From Methanobacteriota archaeon (GTDB lineage Archaea; Methanobacteriota; Methanobacteria; Methanobacteriales; Methanobacteriaceae): 64,000 bases of DNA. The notes beneath the pieces were generated by a model, which was given only the letters and a program-made list of their open reading frames with translations, did no database searches and was not told the origin of the DNA. Below, one piece after another: positions 31,577 to 41,459 of the stretch; the first letter of the stretch is position 1; each line of letters opens with the position of its first letter. Made by a program: the position numbers and the translations under genes. The DNA lies in the NCBI GenBank assembly GCA_963787255.1, contig CAWBCJ010000029.1, positions 480,001 through 544,000 of the forward strand. The letters are read 5' to 3'.

Positions 31577-32743
31577 TTATTTTTTACCTAATGGACTGAT
31601 TTTCCTTAAATTCTCCACCACACTAGCTATAGCATCTGCAACAGCATCAGCATTATCTATGGTATTAAATCGCCCGAAGGTGAACCTTATCGATCCATGA
31701 GCCCTTTCAGAATCTCCACTTGCAGCCATTATAACGTGACTGGCTTCTAAAGTCCTGCTGAAGCAAGAAGATCCGGTACTTACTGCAAATCCTCGCATAT
31801 CAAGATGTAAAGTTATTGATTCGCCCTCCACATATTTAAAAGTTATATTAACATTTTGAGGAGTTCTTTTTTCTCTATCTCCATTTAAAACAGTTTCAGG
31901 TACTTCATTTAAAATTCGGTCAATTAAGTGATCACGAATCTTTTGAAGCTCCTTGTTTTCTTCATCAGTTACTAATTCAACTGCCCTTGCAAATCCAACT
32001 GCCCCAGGAACGTTTTCAGGGCCCCCGCGCAGATTAAATTCCTGAAATCCTCCATCAAGCCATTTTTTAATGGGTGTTCCCCTGCGAATATAAAGACCAC
32101 CTATACCATTTGGTCCATGTATGGTGTGGGCAGATACTGAAATCAGGTCCACGGATACTTTATTTACATCTAAAGGTACTCTTTTGAATGTATGGGTGGC
32201 GTCAGTATGGAAAAGAGTCTTCTTATCCTTACAAATTGTACCTATGGATTCAATGTCCTGTATAGTTCCTATTTCTTGATTAGCATGCTGTATGGAAACC
32301 AAAATGGTTTCATCTGTTATCGCATCGCTTAATGCATCTAAATCAACAAACCCATTAGCATCTACATCAATATAGGATACTTTAAAACCCTGATTTTCTA
32401 GAGCTTGAGCACTGTTTAGAACTGAAAAATCTTCAATTTTAGATATTATAATATGTTTACCTTTTTTATCACCGAGTGCATTTGCAACTCCTTTCAAAGC
32501 CATGTTATTTGATTCTGCACTGCCTGAAGTAAAAACAAACTCTCTTGCAGATGCCCCTAAAGCGTTTGCTATACTTTCTCGGCTATTTTCTAAAGCTTCC
32601 CGTGCTTCTACTCCCAGGGAATAACCAAAATCAGAGGTTGCAATGGCATAAACCTCCAGATAATATTTTTTCATCTCTTCAAAAACACTATCATCCACTC
32701 TTGTCATTGATGCGTTATCCATGTAAATATATTTGTCAAACAT
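31577..32743 (-). CDS. Cysteine desulfurase (IscS/NifS)-like protein lacking the canonical PLP lysine
   Basis: YMDNA, FTSGSAESNN, NQEIGTIQ, STGSSC, GSIRFTFGR; but SAHTIHGP replaces SAHK(I/F)xGP. Confidence 0.88.
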   Translation of the reverse strand: MFDKYIYMDNASMTRVDDSVFEEMKKYYLEVYAIATSDFGYSLGVEAREALENSRESIANALGASAREFVFTSGSAESNNMALKGVANALGDKKGKHIIISKIEDFSVLNSAQALENQGFKVSYIDVDANGFVDLDALSDAITDETILVSIQHANQEIGTIQDIESIGTICKDKKTLFHTDATHTFKRVPLDVNKVSVDLISVSAHTIHGPNGIGGLYIRRGTPIKKWLDGGFQEFNLRGGPENVPGAVGFARAVELVTDEENKELQKIRDHLIDRILNEVPETVLNGDREKRTPQNVNITFKYVEGESITLHLDMRGFAVSTGSSCFSRTLEASHVIMAASGDSERAHGSIRFTFGRFNTIDNADAVADAIASVVENLRKISPLGKK

Positions 32744-32754
32744 AGTTACCTCAC

Positions 32755-33174
32755 CTAAATAAATAGAGTTATTTTCGATTCTCGAGCTTCTTTTATATAA
32801 GTACCAACAGCGCCATAATCATCTATCAAATCCTGCCGGAGATCTTCCTTTTTAACTCCCATAATCTCCATAGTCATCTCACAAGCTATAATTTTACCGC
32901 CCAGTTCCTTAAAATCATTCATCAGCTTTTCTAAAGACACTACGTTCGCTTTTTCCATCCTGCCTTTAATCATCCTTTTACCAATGCCCATCATGTTCAT
33001 TTTAGATAGCGAACCTTTTTCCAATCCACCTTTTTGAAGACGTTGAAGCCCCCAAAAAGTGAAGTAAAGAGATGCTTCCATTCCCATAGATAGTGCACCG
33101 TTTGCTATGATAAGCGCACTATATATTTTGTCCATATCTCCGCTATGAACAACAATTGTAGCTTTATCCGTCAT
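32755..33174 (-). CDS. DsrE/DsrF/DrsH-like (DsrE2) sulfur carrier
   Basis: SGDMDK..IIANGA..YFTFWGL..IACEMTMEIMG..GAVGTY..ITLFI. Confidence 0.9.
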   Translation of the reverse strand: MTDKATIVVHSGDMDKIYSALIIANGALSMGMEASLYFTFWGLQRLQKGGLEKGSLSKMNMMGIGKRMIKGRMEKANVVSLEKLMNDFKELGGKIIACEMTMEIMGVKKEDLRQDLIDDYGAVGTYIKEARESKITLFI

Positions 33175-33182
33175 TTTAACAC

Positions 33183-33404
33183 CTACCTACGGATTTTAAT
33201 TTTCCATATCCCGTTTTCTTCTTCAATATCAATTAATTCTAGACCTAAGGCTTCAACAGCCATGGGTATTTCTTTTTTAGAAGCAGAATGGGTTCCTGTG
33301 ACCTCTACAATGTCTCCTGGAGAAGCTTTTTTCAAAGCTTTTCGAACTTCTACTAAAGGTACAGGACATGTTTCGCCCTTAACATCGATTTTTATTTCAG
33401 CCAT
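33183..33404 (-). CDS. TusA/SirA family sulfurtransferase
   Basis: IDVKGETCPVP motif, 73 aa. Confidence 0.92.
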   Translation of the reverse strand: MAEIKIDVKGETCPVPLVEVRKALKKASPGDIVEVTGTHSASKKEIPMAVEALGLELIDIEEENGIWKIKIRR

Positions 33405-33480
33405 TGGATCACCACTTTTTAAAATCCTTAAAATAAAGTATTTTAATTTGAATAAATAAGAAAAAGAATAAAGCTAAGGG

Positions 33481-33627
33481 TTATTCCTTTGTATATTCTT
33501 CTGGATTCTCTTCAAACATCTTTTTACATGCTGGAGCACAGAAATAGTATTTTTTGCCTTTATATTCGCTTTCAAATTTTGGATTATTTTCATCTACTTC
33601 CATTTTACATACTGGATCTACAGCCAT
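33481..33627 (-). CDS. YHS/TRASH-domain metal-binding protein (48 aa; not in ORF track)
   Basis: Hand translation MAVDPVCKMEVDENNPKFESEYKGKKYYFCAPACKKMFEENPEEYTKE; GAGGTG RBS. Confidence 0.92.
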   Translation of the reverse strand: MAVDPVCKMEVDENNPKFESEYKGKKYYFCAPACKKMFEENPEEYTKE

Positions 33628-33696
33628 TTTTTTTCACCTCAGTTAATATTATATTATTAACTTTATGAGAATTAAATTTATAGAATTTTGGAAATT

Positions 33697-36132
33697 CTAT
33701 TTGTTGATATTTATCTTTTTTGCAGGCGGTACATATCCTTTAAGCAACAATGAAAGACTTACAACAGTCACTGAACTCAAAGCCATAGCAAATGCAGCAT
33801 ATTCTGGCCTGAAAGTTATGTTTATTGAATAAAGTGCACCTGCAGCCACAGGGATAAGTGCGGTGTTATATGCAAATGCCCAGAATAGATTCTGTTTAAT
33901 ACGTGACATTACCTTTTTACTGAGCTGAATTCCAGCTACAGAATCCATCAGATCATCTTTAATAAGCACTATTTTACCACTTTCTATTGCAATGTCTGTA
34001 CCACTTCCAATAGCAATCCCAACATCTGATTGGGCGAGTGCTGGTGCATCATTTATCCCATCACCCACAAATGCGATGATTTCGCCTTTATCTTGGAGTT
34101 TTTTTACCTCATTTGCTTTATCTTGAGGTAAAACTTCTGCAAGCACGTTTTCAATTCCAACCTGCCTTGATATTGCATTTGCAGTCCTTTCATTGTCTCC
34201 GGTAATCATGAAGACCTTAATTTTCATCTTTTTAAGCTCTTCAATTGCAGATTTAGTTGTTTCCTTTAATGTATCTGCTACTGCGATTATTCCAGCAAAT
34301 TTGTTGTTAACTGCAACTAGAATTGCTGTTTTTCCTTCATTTTCAAGCTGAAGTATTTTATCTTGATATTCTGTATTGATTTTAATTTCTCTATCTTTAA
34401 GAAGTGCTCTGTTTCCAACAAGTACTGCTTTTTCATCAATCACCGCGGTAACACCTTTACCTCCAAATGTATCAAAATTGACACTTTCTGAAAGCTGAAT
34501 ATTTTCTTCAATAGTTTTTCTAACAATTGCATCCGCGAGAGGATGCTGAGAATTCTTTTCAACACTTGCAGTAAATTTTAAGAGATTTTCAGCATCAAAT
34601 CCGACATTTATGATGTCTGTTACTTCTGGCTTCCCTTTAGTGAGAGTTCCAGTTTTATCAAATAGTATTGAAGTGATTTTTTCAGATATTTCCAGTGCTG
34701 AACCATCTTTAACTAGAATACCTAGTTCTGCACCTCTTCCAATACCAACTGTTACTGCTGTTGGTGTTGCAAGCCCCAGTGCGCATGGACACGCGACTAC
34801 AAGTACGGATATTAAAACCGTAAGTGCAAGAAGCAAAGTACTTCCATAAACAAAATACCAGATAGTAAATGCCGCAATAGCAATTGTAAGCACTGTGGGG
34901 ATGAAATAAGTCACGGCTTTATCTGCAATTCGTTCAACAGGGGGCCTTGATCCTTGAGCATCCTCAACAAGTTTAATAATTTGGAATAGTACCGTATCCT
35001 TACCAATTTTAGTTGCTTTGAATTTAAGAACTCCATTTTGATTAAAAGTTCCACCAATAACTTTCTTACCTTTATTTTTCATAACAGGGATTGATTCGCC
35101 AGTAATTACGGATTCATCAACGTAACTTTCACCTTCAATAACTTCACCGTCTGTTGGGATCTTTTCACCGGGTTTTACAATTATAGTTTCTCCTATTTGC
35201 AGGTCTTCAATAGGAACTTCAACTTCTTTCCCTTCACGAACTACAGTGGCGGTTTTTGGCTGTAATCCTACTAATTTTTTAATTGCTGTTGAAGTCCGCC
35301 CAATTGCCCTTGTTTCAAGATATCTGCCTAGTGTAAGGAAGGCTGCAAGCATTAAAGCAGTTTCGTAGAACATGAATTCTGGAGTAAGAACAATACTGAA
35401 TGTTCCAAGGATACTTGCACCGAAAGCTACTCCAATTCCCATGGAATACATTACATCCATGTTTAAAACTCTATTTTTAAGTGCACGGTAAGCCGCACTA
35501 AATATTGGATAGCTAACGTAAATAAACGGTATAAATGATATTATAAGGAACAAATAAGGCATTGGAATTGGAAGAGATGGATTAAGATACATAATTATTA
35601 TAAGGGGAATGGAAACACCGAATCCAACAATCATTCTATTTCTTTTGTTCTTTAAATCTTGAATTCTTACTTTTTCTTCTAAGTCTTCTGTTTCTTCTCC
35701 TTCAATTCCAAGATACTGGTACCCAATGTCTTCAATGGCGTTTTTCATATCTTCAACACTGACCATTCGTGGATTATAAATTACATAAGCTTTTTCAGAG
35801 CTTAAATTAACATTGACACTGCTTATTCCATCAAGTCTTCCAAGACCATCTTCAATGGCTTTAACACACATTGCGCAGGTCATTCCACCAATTTTAATGA
35901 CTACTTTCTCATTTAAAACTCCGTAACCCACATCTTCAATTGCTTTTTCAAGTTCAGGCAGCTTGACTTCATTGGGGTTATATTCAACTGTGACACGCTC
36001 AGTTCCAAAATTAACACGGGCTTCATCAACACCTTCAACTTCATTCAGTGTTTTTTCAATGTTTAGGGCGCATGAAGCACAACTCATTCCTGAAACTTTG
36101 ATTTCAGCTTTCTTTTTGGAGTTTCCTGTCAT
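33697..36132 (-). CDS. copA: Cu(I)-translocating P1B-1 ATPase
   Basis: Two HMA domains (GMSCASC, GMTCAMC), TGES, CPC, DKTGT, GDGINDAP, YN, MALSS. Confidence 0.95.
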   Translation of the reverse strand: MTGNSKKKAEIKVSGMSCASCALNIEKTLNEVEGVDEARVNFGTERVTVEYNPNEVKLPELEKAIEDVGYGVLNEKVVIKIGGMTCAMCVKAIEDGLGRLDGISSVNVNLSSEKAYVIYNPRMVSVEDMKNAIEDIGYQYLGIEGEETEDLEEKVRIQDLKNKRNRMIVGFGVSIPLIIIMYLNPSLPIPMPYLFLIISFIPFIYVSYPIFSAAYRALKNRVLNMDVMYSMGIGVAFGASILGTFSIVLTPEFMFYETALMLAAFLTLGRYLETRAIGRTSTAIKKLVGLQPKTATVVREGKEVEVPIEDLQIGETIIVKPGEKIPTDGEVIEGESYVDESVITGESIPVMKNKGKKVIGGTFNQNGVLKFKATKIGKDTVLFQIIKLVEDAQGSRPPVERIADKAVTYFIPTVLTIAIAAFTIWYFVYGSTLLLALTVLISVLVVACPCALGLATPTAVTVGIGRGAELGILVKDGSALEISEKITSILFDKTGTLTKGKPEVTDIINVGFDAENLLKFTASVEKNSQHPLADAIVRKTIEENIQLSESVNFDTFGGKGVTAVIDEKAVLVGNRALLKDREIKINTEYQDKILQLENEGKTAILVAVNNKFAGIIAVADTLKETTKSAIEELKKMKIKVFMITGDNERTANAISRQVGIENVLAEVLPQDKANEVKKLQDKGEIIAFVGDGINDAPALAQSDVGIAIGSGTDIAIESGKIVLIKDDLMDSVAGIQLSKKVMSRIKQNLFWAFAYNTALIPVAAGALYSINITFRPEYAAFAMALSSVTVVSLSLLLKGYVPPAKKININK

Positions 36133-36267
36133 TTATTTCTACCTTCTAAATTTCCCTAGTTTTATGATTTATATGTCAATATATTTTATAATAATTTTTT
36201 TCATAATAAATGATACAGTCTTCTTAAAATTAAAAAATTCTTTTATACTGTTTTTGAGATTATAATT

Positions 36268-38310
36268 TTATTTCTCAATTTTAAGGAATCTTGAATTAAA
36301 GGCTACTATAATGGTACTAACTGACATTAATATTGCCCCTGCTGCAGGTGTTAATATTATTCCATATGCATAAAGAACGCCTGCTGCAATTGGAATTGCA
36401 AAAACATTATATCCTGTTCCCCATAGTAAATTTTGCACCATTTTACTGTATGTTGATTTTGCAAGCTTTATTATATAAACAGCATCAAGAGGATTGCTTC
36501 TTACAAGGACTACGTCTCCAGCTTCGATAGCAACGTCTGTACCTGCACCAATTGCAATACCTATATCAGCTTGTGCAAGTGCAGGTGCATCATTGATACC
36601 GTCTCCAGTCATGGCAACAATTAAACCTTCAGATTGGATTTCACGGACTTTTTCTGCTTTTTCTTGAGGTAATACCTCTGCATAATATTTATCAAGCCCA
36701 ATTTCTTTTGATACCCATTCTGCAACTTCTTTTCTATCCCCTGTGATCATTATGCACTGAATTCCCATATCTTTGAGTTTTTCTATTGCCTCTTTGGATT
36801 CTGGTCTTATAATATCTGCAAGTGCAATAGCACCTTTAAGTTCTCCTTCAATAATTACAAAAACAATTGTTTTTCCCTCAGATGAGAGTTCATCTACTTT
36901 TTCATTTGAAATCTTGATATTTCGTTCCTTTAAAAATCCAGGACTAACCACTTCAACAAATTTTCCATTAATCTTACCCTGAACACCTTTTCCTGGGATT
37001 GATTTAAAATCTTCAACTTTAAATGTTTCTTTTGCAGATGCTACAACTCCTTTTGCAATAGGATGCTCAGAATACGATTCAAGTGAGGATGCATATTTTA
37101 AAACGTTATTTTTATCATATTTACTGCTTAACGGAACAACATCAGTTACTCCAAACTTTCCTTGTGTAAGTGTACCCGTTTTATCGAATATTATGGCATT
37201 AATATCTCGTGATCTTTCAAATGATCCACGATTTCTTATTAAAAGCCCATTTCGCGCTGATAGTGCTGTTGATACGGCTACAACCAGAGGAACTGCAAGA
37301 CCCAATGCATGGGGGCAGGCAATAACCATTACAGTTACGGCTCTCTCCAGTGCAAATTCAAATCCAAAAGTTGTAAGTCCTAACCATGCTAGAAGTGTTA
37401 AAAATCCGCCAGTGAGGGCTACTACAGTAAGTCCTGTTGCAAAACGGTCTGCAAGGTTCTGTGTTTTTGATTTACTTGCCTGTGCTTCTTCAACAAGGTT
37501 TATGACCTGTGAAATGAATGAATCTTCTCCTGTTTTCTTAATTTCCACGGTAATGGATCCATCTCCATTAATAGATCCGCCTATGACTTCAGCGCTAACT
37601 TCCTTAAATATAGGCTCTGATTCACCTGTAAGCATTGATTCGTCAAGAGATGTGCTTCCACTTATTATTTCTCCATCTACAGGGACTTTTTCCCCTGGCT
37701 TAATGATTACATGATCTCCAACGGATAGTTCATCTAACGGGACGTCTGTTGTGCTTCCATCAGGCATTATTTTATGGGCACTTGATGGCATGAGTTTAAC
37801 GAGTTCTTCAAGTGCTCTGGAAGCCCCCATTACAGATCTCATTTCCAGCCAGTGGCCTATAAGCATAATATCAATTAATGTTGCAAGTTCCCAGAAAAAT
37901 ACTTCACCCATAAGGCCAAAGACCACTGCACTGCTGTATAAATAAGCGCTTGTAATGGCAACAGAAATTAGAGTGTCCATTCCAGGAATACGGGATTTAA
38001 TTTGATTATAAAATCCTTTGAAGAATGGATAACCTCCATAAAAATAAACGATGGATGATAAGAAGAAAAGGATATATAAGTCTCCGGGAAATCTGAGTGA
38101 TTCACCTAAACCCATTAATTCTTGAATTGTAGGTGATAAAATGAGTATAGGTATGGTTATAATCAATGATATCCAGAATCGCTTTTTTAAATCCTGAATC
38201 ATGCCAGAATGGATGTGTTCACCATGTATTCTATGTTCTTCTTTCATTTGCTGGCCGCAAACAATACATTTACCTTTTTCTTCATGCCCTTCATGATTCA
38301 TATGTTTCAT
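36268..38310 (-). CDS. copB: Copper-translocating P1B-3 ATPase
   Basis: His-rich N-terminus, FFWELATL, TGES, CPH, DKTGT, GYN, MSVST. Confidence 0.93.
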   Translation of the reverse strand: MKHMNHEGHEEKGKCIVCGQQMKEEHRIHGEHIHSGMIQDLKKRFWISLIITIPILILSPTIQELMGLGESLRFPGDLYILFFLSSIVYFYGGYPFFKGFYNQIKSRIPGMDTLISVAITSAYLYSSAVVFGLMGEVFFWELATLIDIMLIGHWLEMRSVMGASRALEELVKLMPSSAHKIMPDGSTTDVPLDELSVGDHVIIKPGEKVPVDGEIISGSTSLDESMLTGESEPIFKEVSAEVIGGSINGDGSITVEIKKTGEDSFISQVINLVEEAQASKSKTQNLADRFATGLTVVALTGGFLTLLAWLGLTTFGFEFALERAVTVMVIACPHALGLAVPLVVAVSTALSARNGLLIRNRGSFERSRDINAIIFDKTGTLTQGKFGVTDVVPLSSKYDKNNVLKYASSLESYSEHPIAKGVVASAKETFKVEDFKSIPGKGVQGKINGKFVEVVSPGFLKERNIKISNEKVDELSSEGKTIVFVIIEGELKGAIALADIIRPESKEAIEKLKDMGIQCIMITGDRKEVAEWVSKEIGLDKYYAEVLPQEKAEKVREIQSEGLIVAMTGDGINDAPALAQADIGIAIGAGTDVAIEAGDVVLVRSNPLDAVYIIKLAKSTYSKMVQNLLWGTGYNVFAIPIAAGVLYAYGIILTPAAGAILMSVSTIIVAFNSRFLKIEK

Positions 38311-38476
38311 TTCATGCTTGGAATCATCATGATTAATTTAAATTCCCCCCTAAATCTGGAGCATGAATTAATTTCTGAATCTGATTGCATAATAATTTTA
38401 GTATATTTATGATTAATTGTTTATAATTTTTTTTAACTGTCATTTAAATGATTTAAAACAAATAAATGTTTAAAAA

Positions 38477-39715
38477 TTAGGTACGAATGTCTTTAACAAT
38501 TTTACCTTCCTTCATCACCAGCATAACATTATCTGAGTTTCCAAGAGACTTTATATTGACAATTGGATCCTTTTTACTAATTATAATGTCTGCAAGCTTC
38601 CCTGGTTCAATTGTACCAAGTTTATCATCAATTCCAAGAAATTTAGCCGCATTTTTTGTCCCGGCCATAATGGCTTCTCTAGGACTCATTCCAATATTGC
38701 ATAAAAACCCTAATTCTTCCAAGTTAAGTCCGTGGGGAACAACACCACAGTCAGTACCCATTACAATCTTAACTCCAGCTTCGTATGCCTTTCGAATATT
38801 TGCATCGTGTACATCAACTATTTCTATGGCCTGTTTAATGCTGTATTCCGGTAGATTTCCAGCTTCTGCGAATTTTTTGTTGTGTTTTATAACCACGCAT
38901 GTAGGGATTAGATATGTCCCATGATCAACCATCATCTGAATTGCTTCATCGTCAAGGTATGTGCCGTGCTCTATTGAATAAACACCTGCTTTTAAAGCGT
39001 TTTTAATTCCTTCTATTCCATGTCCATGGGCCATTACTTTAACATTGTCGTGGTACTCTCCTTCTTGAACCATTACCTTTAATTCTTCAACTGTAAATTG
39101 AGTGTGTTCAGGACCGTCATTAGCGCTCATAACACCTCCAGTAACCATTACTTTGATGAAATCGGCTCCAGCACGAAGTATTTCCCTTACTCTTTTACGA
39201 ACTTCCGCTTCTCCGTCACAGATGCTTTCAGGAAGGCCAGGATATGATACTTTAATATCAAAACCTGAATTAAGCCAGAAATCAAAATGCCCGCCGCTTA
39301 TGGAGAGCGGCATGACGCTGATAAGCAGTCTGGGGCCAACAATCAAGCCCTCTTCAACCGCTCTTTTAACACCCATATCTGCAAGGCCAGCGTCTCGAAC
39401 TGTTGTTACTCCTGCATTAATTGTTTGCCTTAAATTATCTACTCCCCTATAAAAATAAAATGAAAGAGGTTTATAAATAGTATCTTCCATTTTAAACCCA
39501 TTGGCCATTATATGGACGTGGGTGTCAATAAAACCGGGTAGAATGAACATTCCATGGGCATCAATTCGTTTTATTTCCTCAGAGGGTACTGAAATTGAAT
39601 TTTCAGTTCCCACTTCAATAATTTGGTTTTCTTTAATTAAAATGGCGACGTTTGGAATGGATTCACCACCATTACCATCAATCAGCGTTCCGTTATAGAT
39701 GAGAGTGTATTTCAT
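38477..39715 (-). CDS. Amidohydrolase family protein (Xaa-Pro dipeptidase-like)
   Basis: PGFIDTHVH, AGVTTVRD, ADFIK, MAHGHG, SIEHG, GTDCG, GKLADI. Confidence 0.92.
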   Translation of the reverse strand: MKYTLIYNGTLIDGNGGESIPNVAILIKENQIIEVGTENSISVPSEEIKRIDAHGMFILPGFIDTHVHIMANGFKMEDTIYKPLSFYFYRGVDNLRQTINAGVTTVRDAGLADMGVKRAVEEGLIVGPRLLISVMPLSISGGHFDFWLNSGFDIKVSYPGLPESICDGEAEVRKRVREILRAGADFIKVMVTGGVMSANDGPEHTQFTVEELKVMVQEGEYHDNVKVMAHGHGIEGIKNALKAGVYSIEHGTYLDDEAIQMMVDHGTYLIPTCVVIKHNKKFAEAGNLPEYSIKQAIEIVDVHDANIRKAYEAGVKIVMGTDCGVVPHGLNLEELGFLCNIGMSPREAIMAGTKNAAKFLGIDDKLGTIEPGKLADIIISKKDPIVNIKSLGNSDNVMLVMKEGKIVKDIRT

Positions 39716-39848
39716 TTTGTAACAGTCCTTAACAAATATTTTAAATATTATTTTTTAAGATTAAGTGATATTATGTCAATTGTTTAAAAAGTATTTTTTT
39801 ATTTTATTACATATAGGCTATCAATAAAAATTATATATTTTAACTATT

Positions 39849-40146
39849 CTATGATTCAAAGGTTTCAAGTGCCTTGTGGGCGCTGTTATAAATATTTTCG
39901 GGCCCAATAACCTTTGTTAATCTCAATTGTCCTAATTGATCTTTAAGTTCGGGCATGGCAGTTGCTATAACAAATTTAACGTTTTGTTTGGCTAATTCAT
40001 GATGTAAATTTTTTTATTATCTCTGCAGAAGTATAATCCATGGCTTCAAAACCACCAGCATCAATTACAAACCATTTTAGGGGAAATAAGCCGCTAAATA
40101 ACATATTATGGCCCTTGCCGACTATTTTATTTTTTATATCTTTCAT
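39849..40146 (-). pseudogene. Isolated STAS domain (SulP C-terminus-like), one-base frameshift in an A7 run ~40010
   Basis: Hand translation ..LKWFVIDAGGFEAMDYTSAEIIK / NLHHELAKQNVKFVIATAMPELKDQLGQLRLTKVIGPENIYNSAHKALETFES*. Confidence 0.65.
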
Positions 40147-40575
40147 TTTTTTTAGTGCATAAATCATTTAATACTCAAATTATTACTATTAATTATTTGT
40201 TTAATATTATTTATTTATTTGTTATTTTTAGCTTTTTTAGGAAAAAACAGGCTTATATGTTTAATAATTTTAAAATATATATTATAAGAATTATTAAAGT
40301 AGTAAATAGTCCTTTAATGCACGTAAATCTAATTTAAAAGTATTTTAAAACATTATGGCTATGAAAATAATATCATAAAGAATAATAGATAAAACTTACA
40401 AAAAACAGTAGTGTATTAACATAATTCAGTTATTTCAGTTAAAAAGTGAGAAATCCTTCAGTAATTATCATTCAAATCTCTTTGCAATAGATCAAATTTA
40501 AATTAACCCGATAAATAACCGAATTTCTTAAAAACATATTATTATAACGATTATTTAAATGTAAAAGGTAATAAA

Positions 40576-41388
40576 ATGTCCAATAAAATTTTGCAACTAT
40601 ATGAAAAGGTGAGGGATGATTTAAAATTCCTTACAGCTTCTGATGTGAGAACAAAGATTATTATAGTTTTAAATGATGGATCAAAAAATTTAGGCGAACT
40701 TAAAGAAGAAACAAATCTTAATTCATCCACCATTTTACATGGAATGAGCCAGCTTGAAGAGAAAAACCTCATCTTTAAACAATCAGGAGGCTATTCACTT
40801 TCTCAAACCGGAAAAATAGTTGCACTGAACATCATAAATCTTATAAAAACTTCCACATCGCTTGGAGAAATAGAAAAAATATTTTTAAAGCACGAGATAT
40901 CTCCCATACCTGAATACTTACTGGAAAGCATTGGAAGTTTAAAGAACTCATTTGTAGTGGAATCTACACCTACGGATGTTATGAAGCCACATGCAGTCCA
41001 TGCAGATCTTATTCAAAATTCAAAAGACGTTAAATATATTTCCTCTGTTCTGCTTCCTCAAAAAATAGAATCATTTGAAGAAACACTTGAAAAAGGTTCT
41101 CTTCAACTTATTTTAACGTCGGAAATACTTGACAAATGGATTGAGATAAAGGGCAGAGAAAATTTGAAAAATGCGCTTTTAGAAAAGGATTTTAAGCTAT
41201 GGAAGATAAATGGCAGTGCTAAGATGTCATTTACTGTATCTGATACTTTTATTGCATTGGGATTGTTTTCAACTGATGGAATTTACGATCTTCACAAATA
41301 TTTAATTGCTAAAGACGAAGAAGCTATTGAATGGGGAAATAGACTGTTTGATTATTATTTGAAGCGATCTAAAAAAGTAAAACTATAA
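40576..41388 (+). CDS. Winged-helix regulator with DUF1724/FilR1-like C-terminal domain
   Basis: LTASDVRTKII..STILHGMSQLE..YSLSQTG; H..S.IP..L..IG.L; ALGLFSTDGIYD..AIEWGNRLFDYY. Confidence 0.85.
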   Translation: MSNKILQLYEKVRDDLKFLTASDVRTKIIIVLNDGSKNLGELKEETNLNSSTILHGMSQLEEKNLIFKQSGGYSLSQTGKIVALNIINLIKTSTSLGEIEKIFLKHEISPIPEYLLESIGSLKNSFVVESTPTDVMKPHAVHADLIQNSKDVKYISSVLLPQKIESFEETLEKGSLQLILTSEILDKWIEIKGRENLKNALLEKDFKLWKINGSAKMSFTVSDTFIALGLFSTDGIYDLHKYLIAKDEEAIEWGNRLFDYYLKRSKKVKL

Positions 41389-41459
41389 TTAAGTCATTTT
41401 TAAGCAAATAAATAAAAAATTAAGATTTAAACGTTTAAATTTACTGGAGTGAATTTTAA

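Noticed and set aside
40155-40337. 60-aa + strand ORF
   Set aside because: Extremely AT-rich intergenic DNA with F/I/N/K-biased translation
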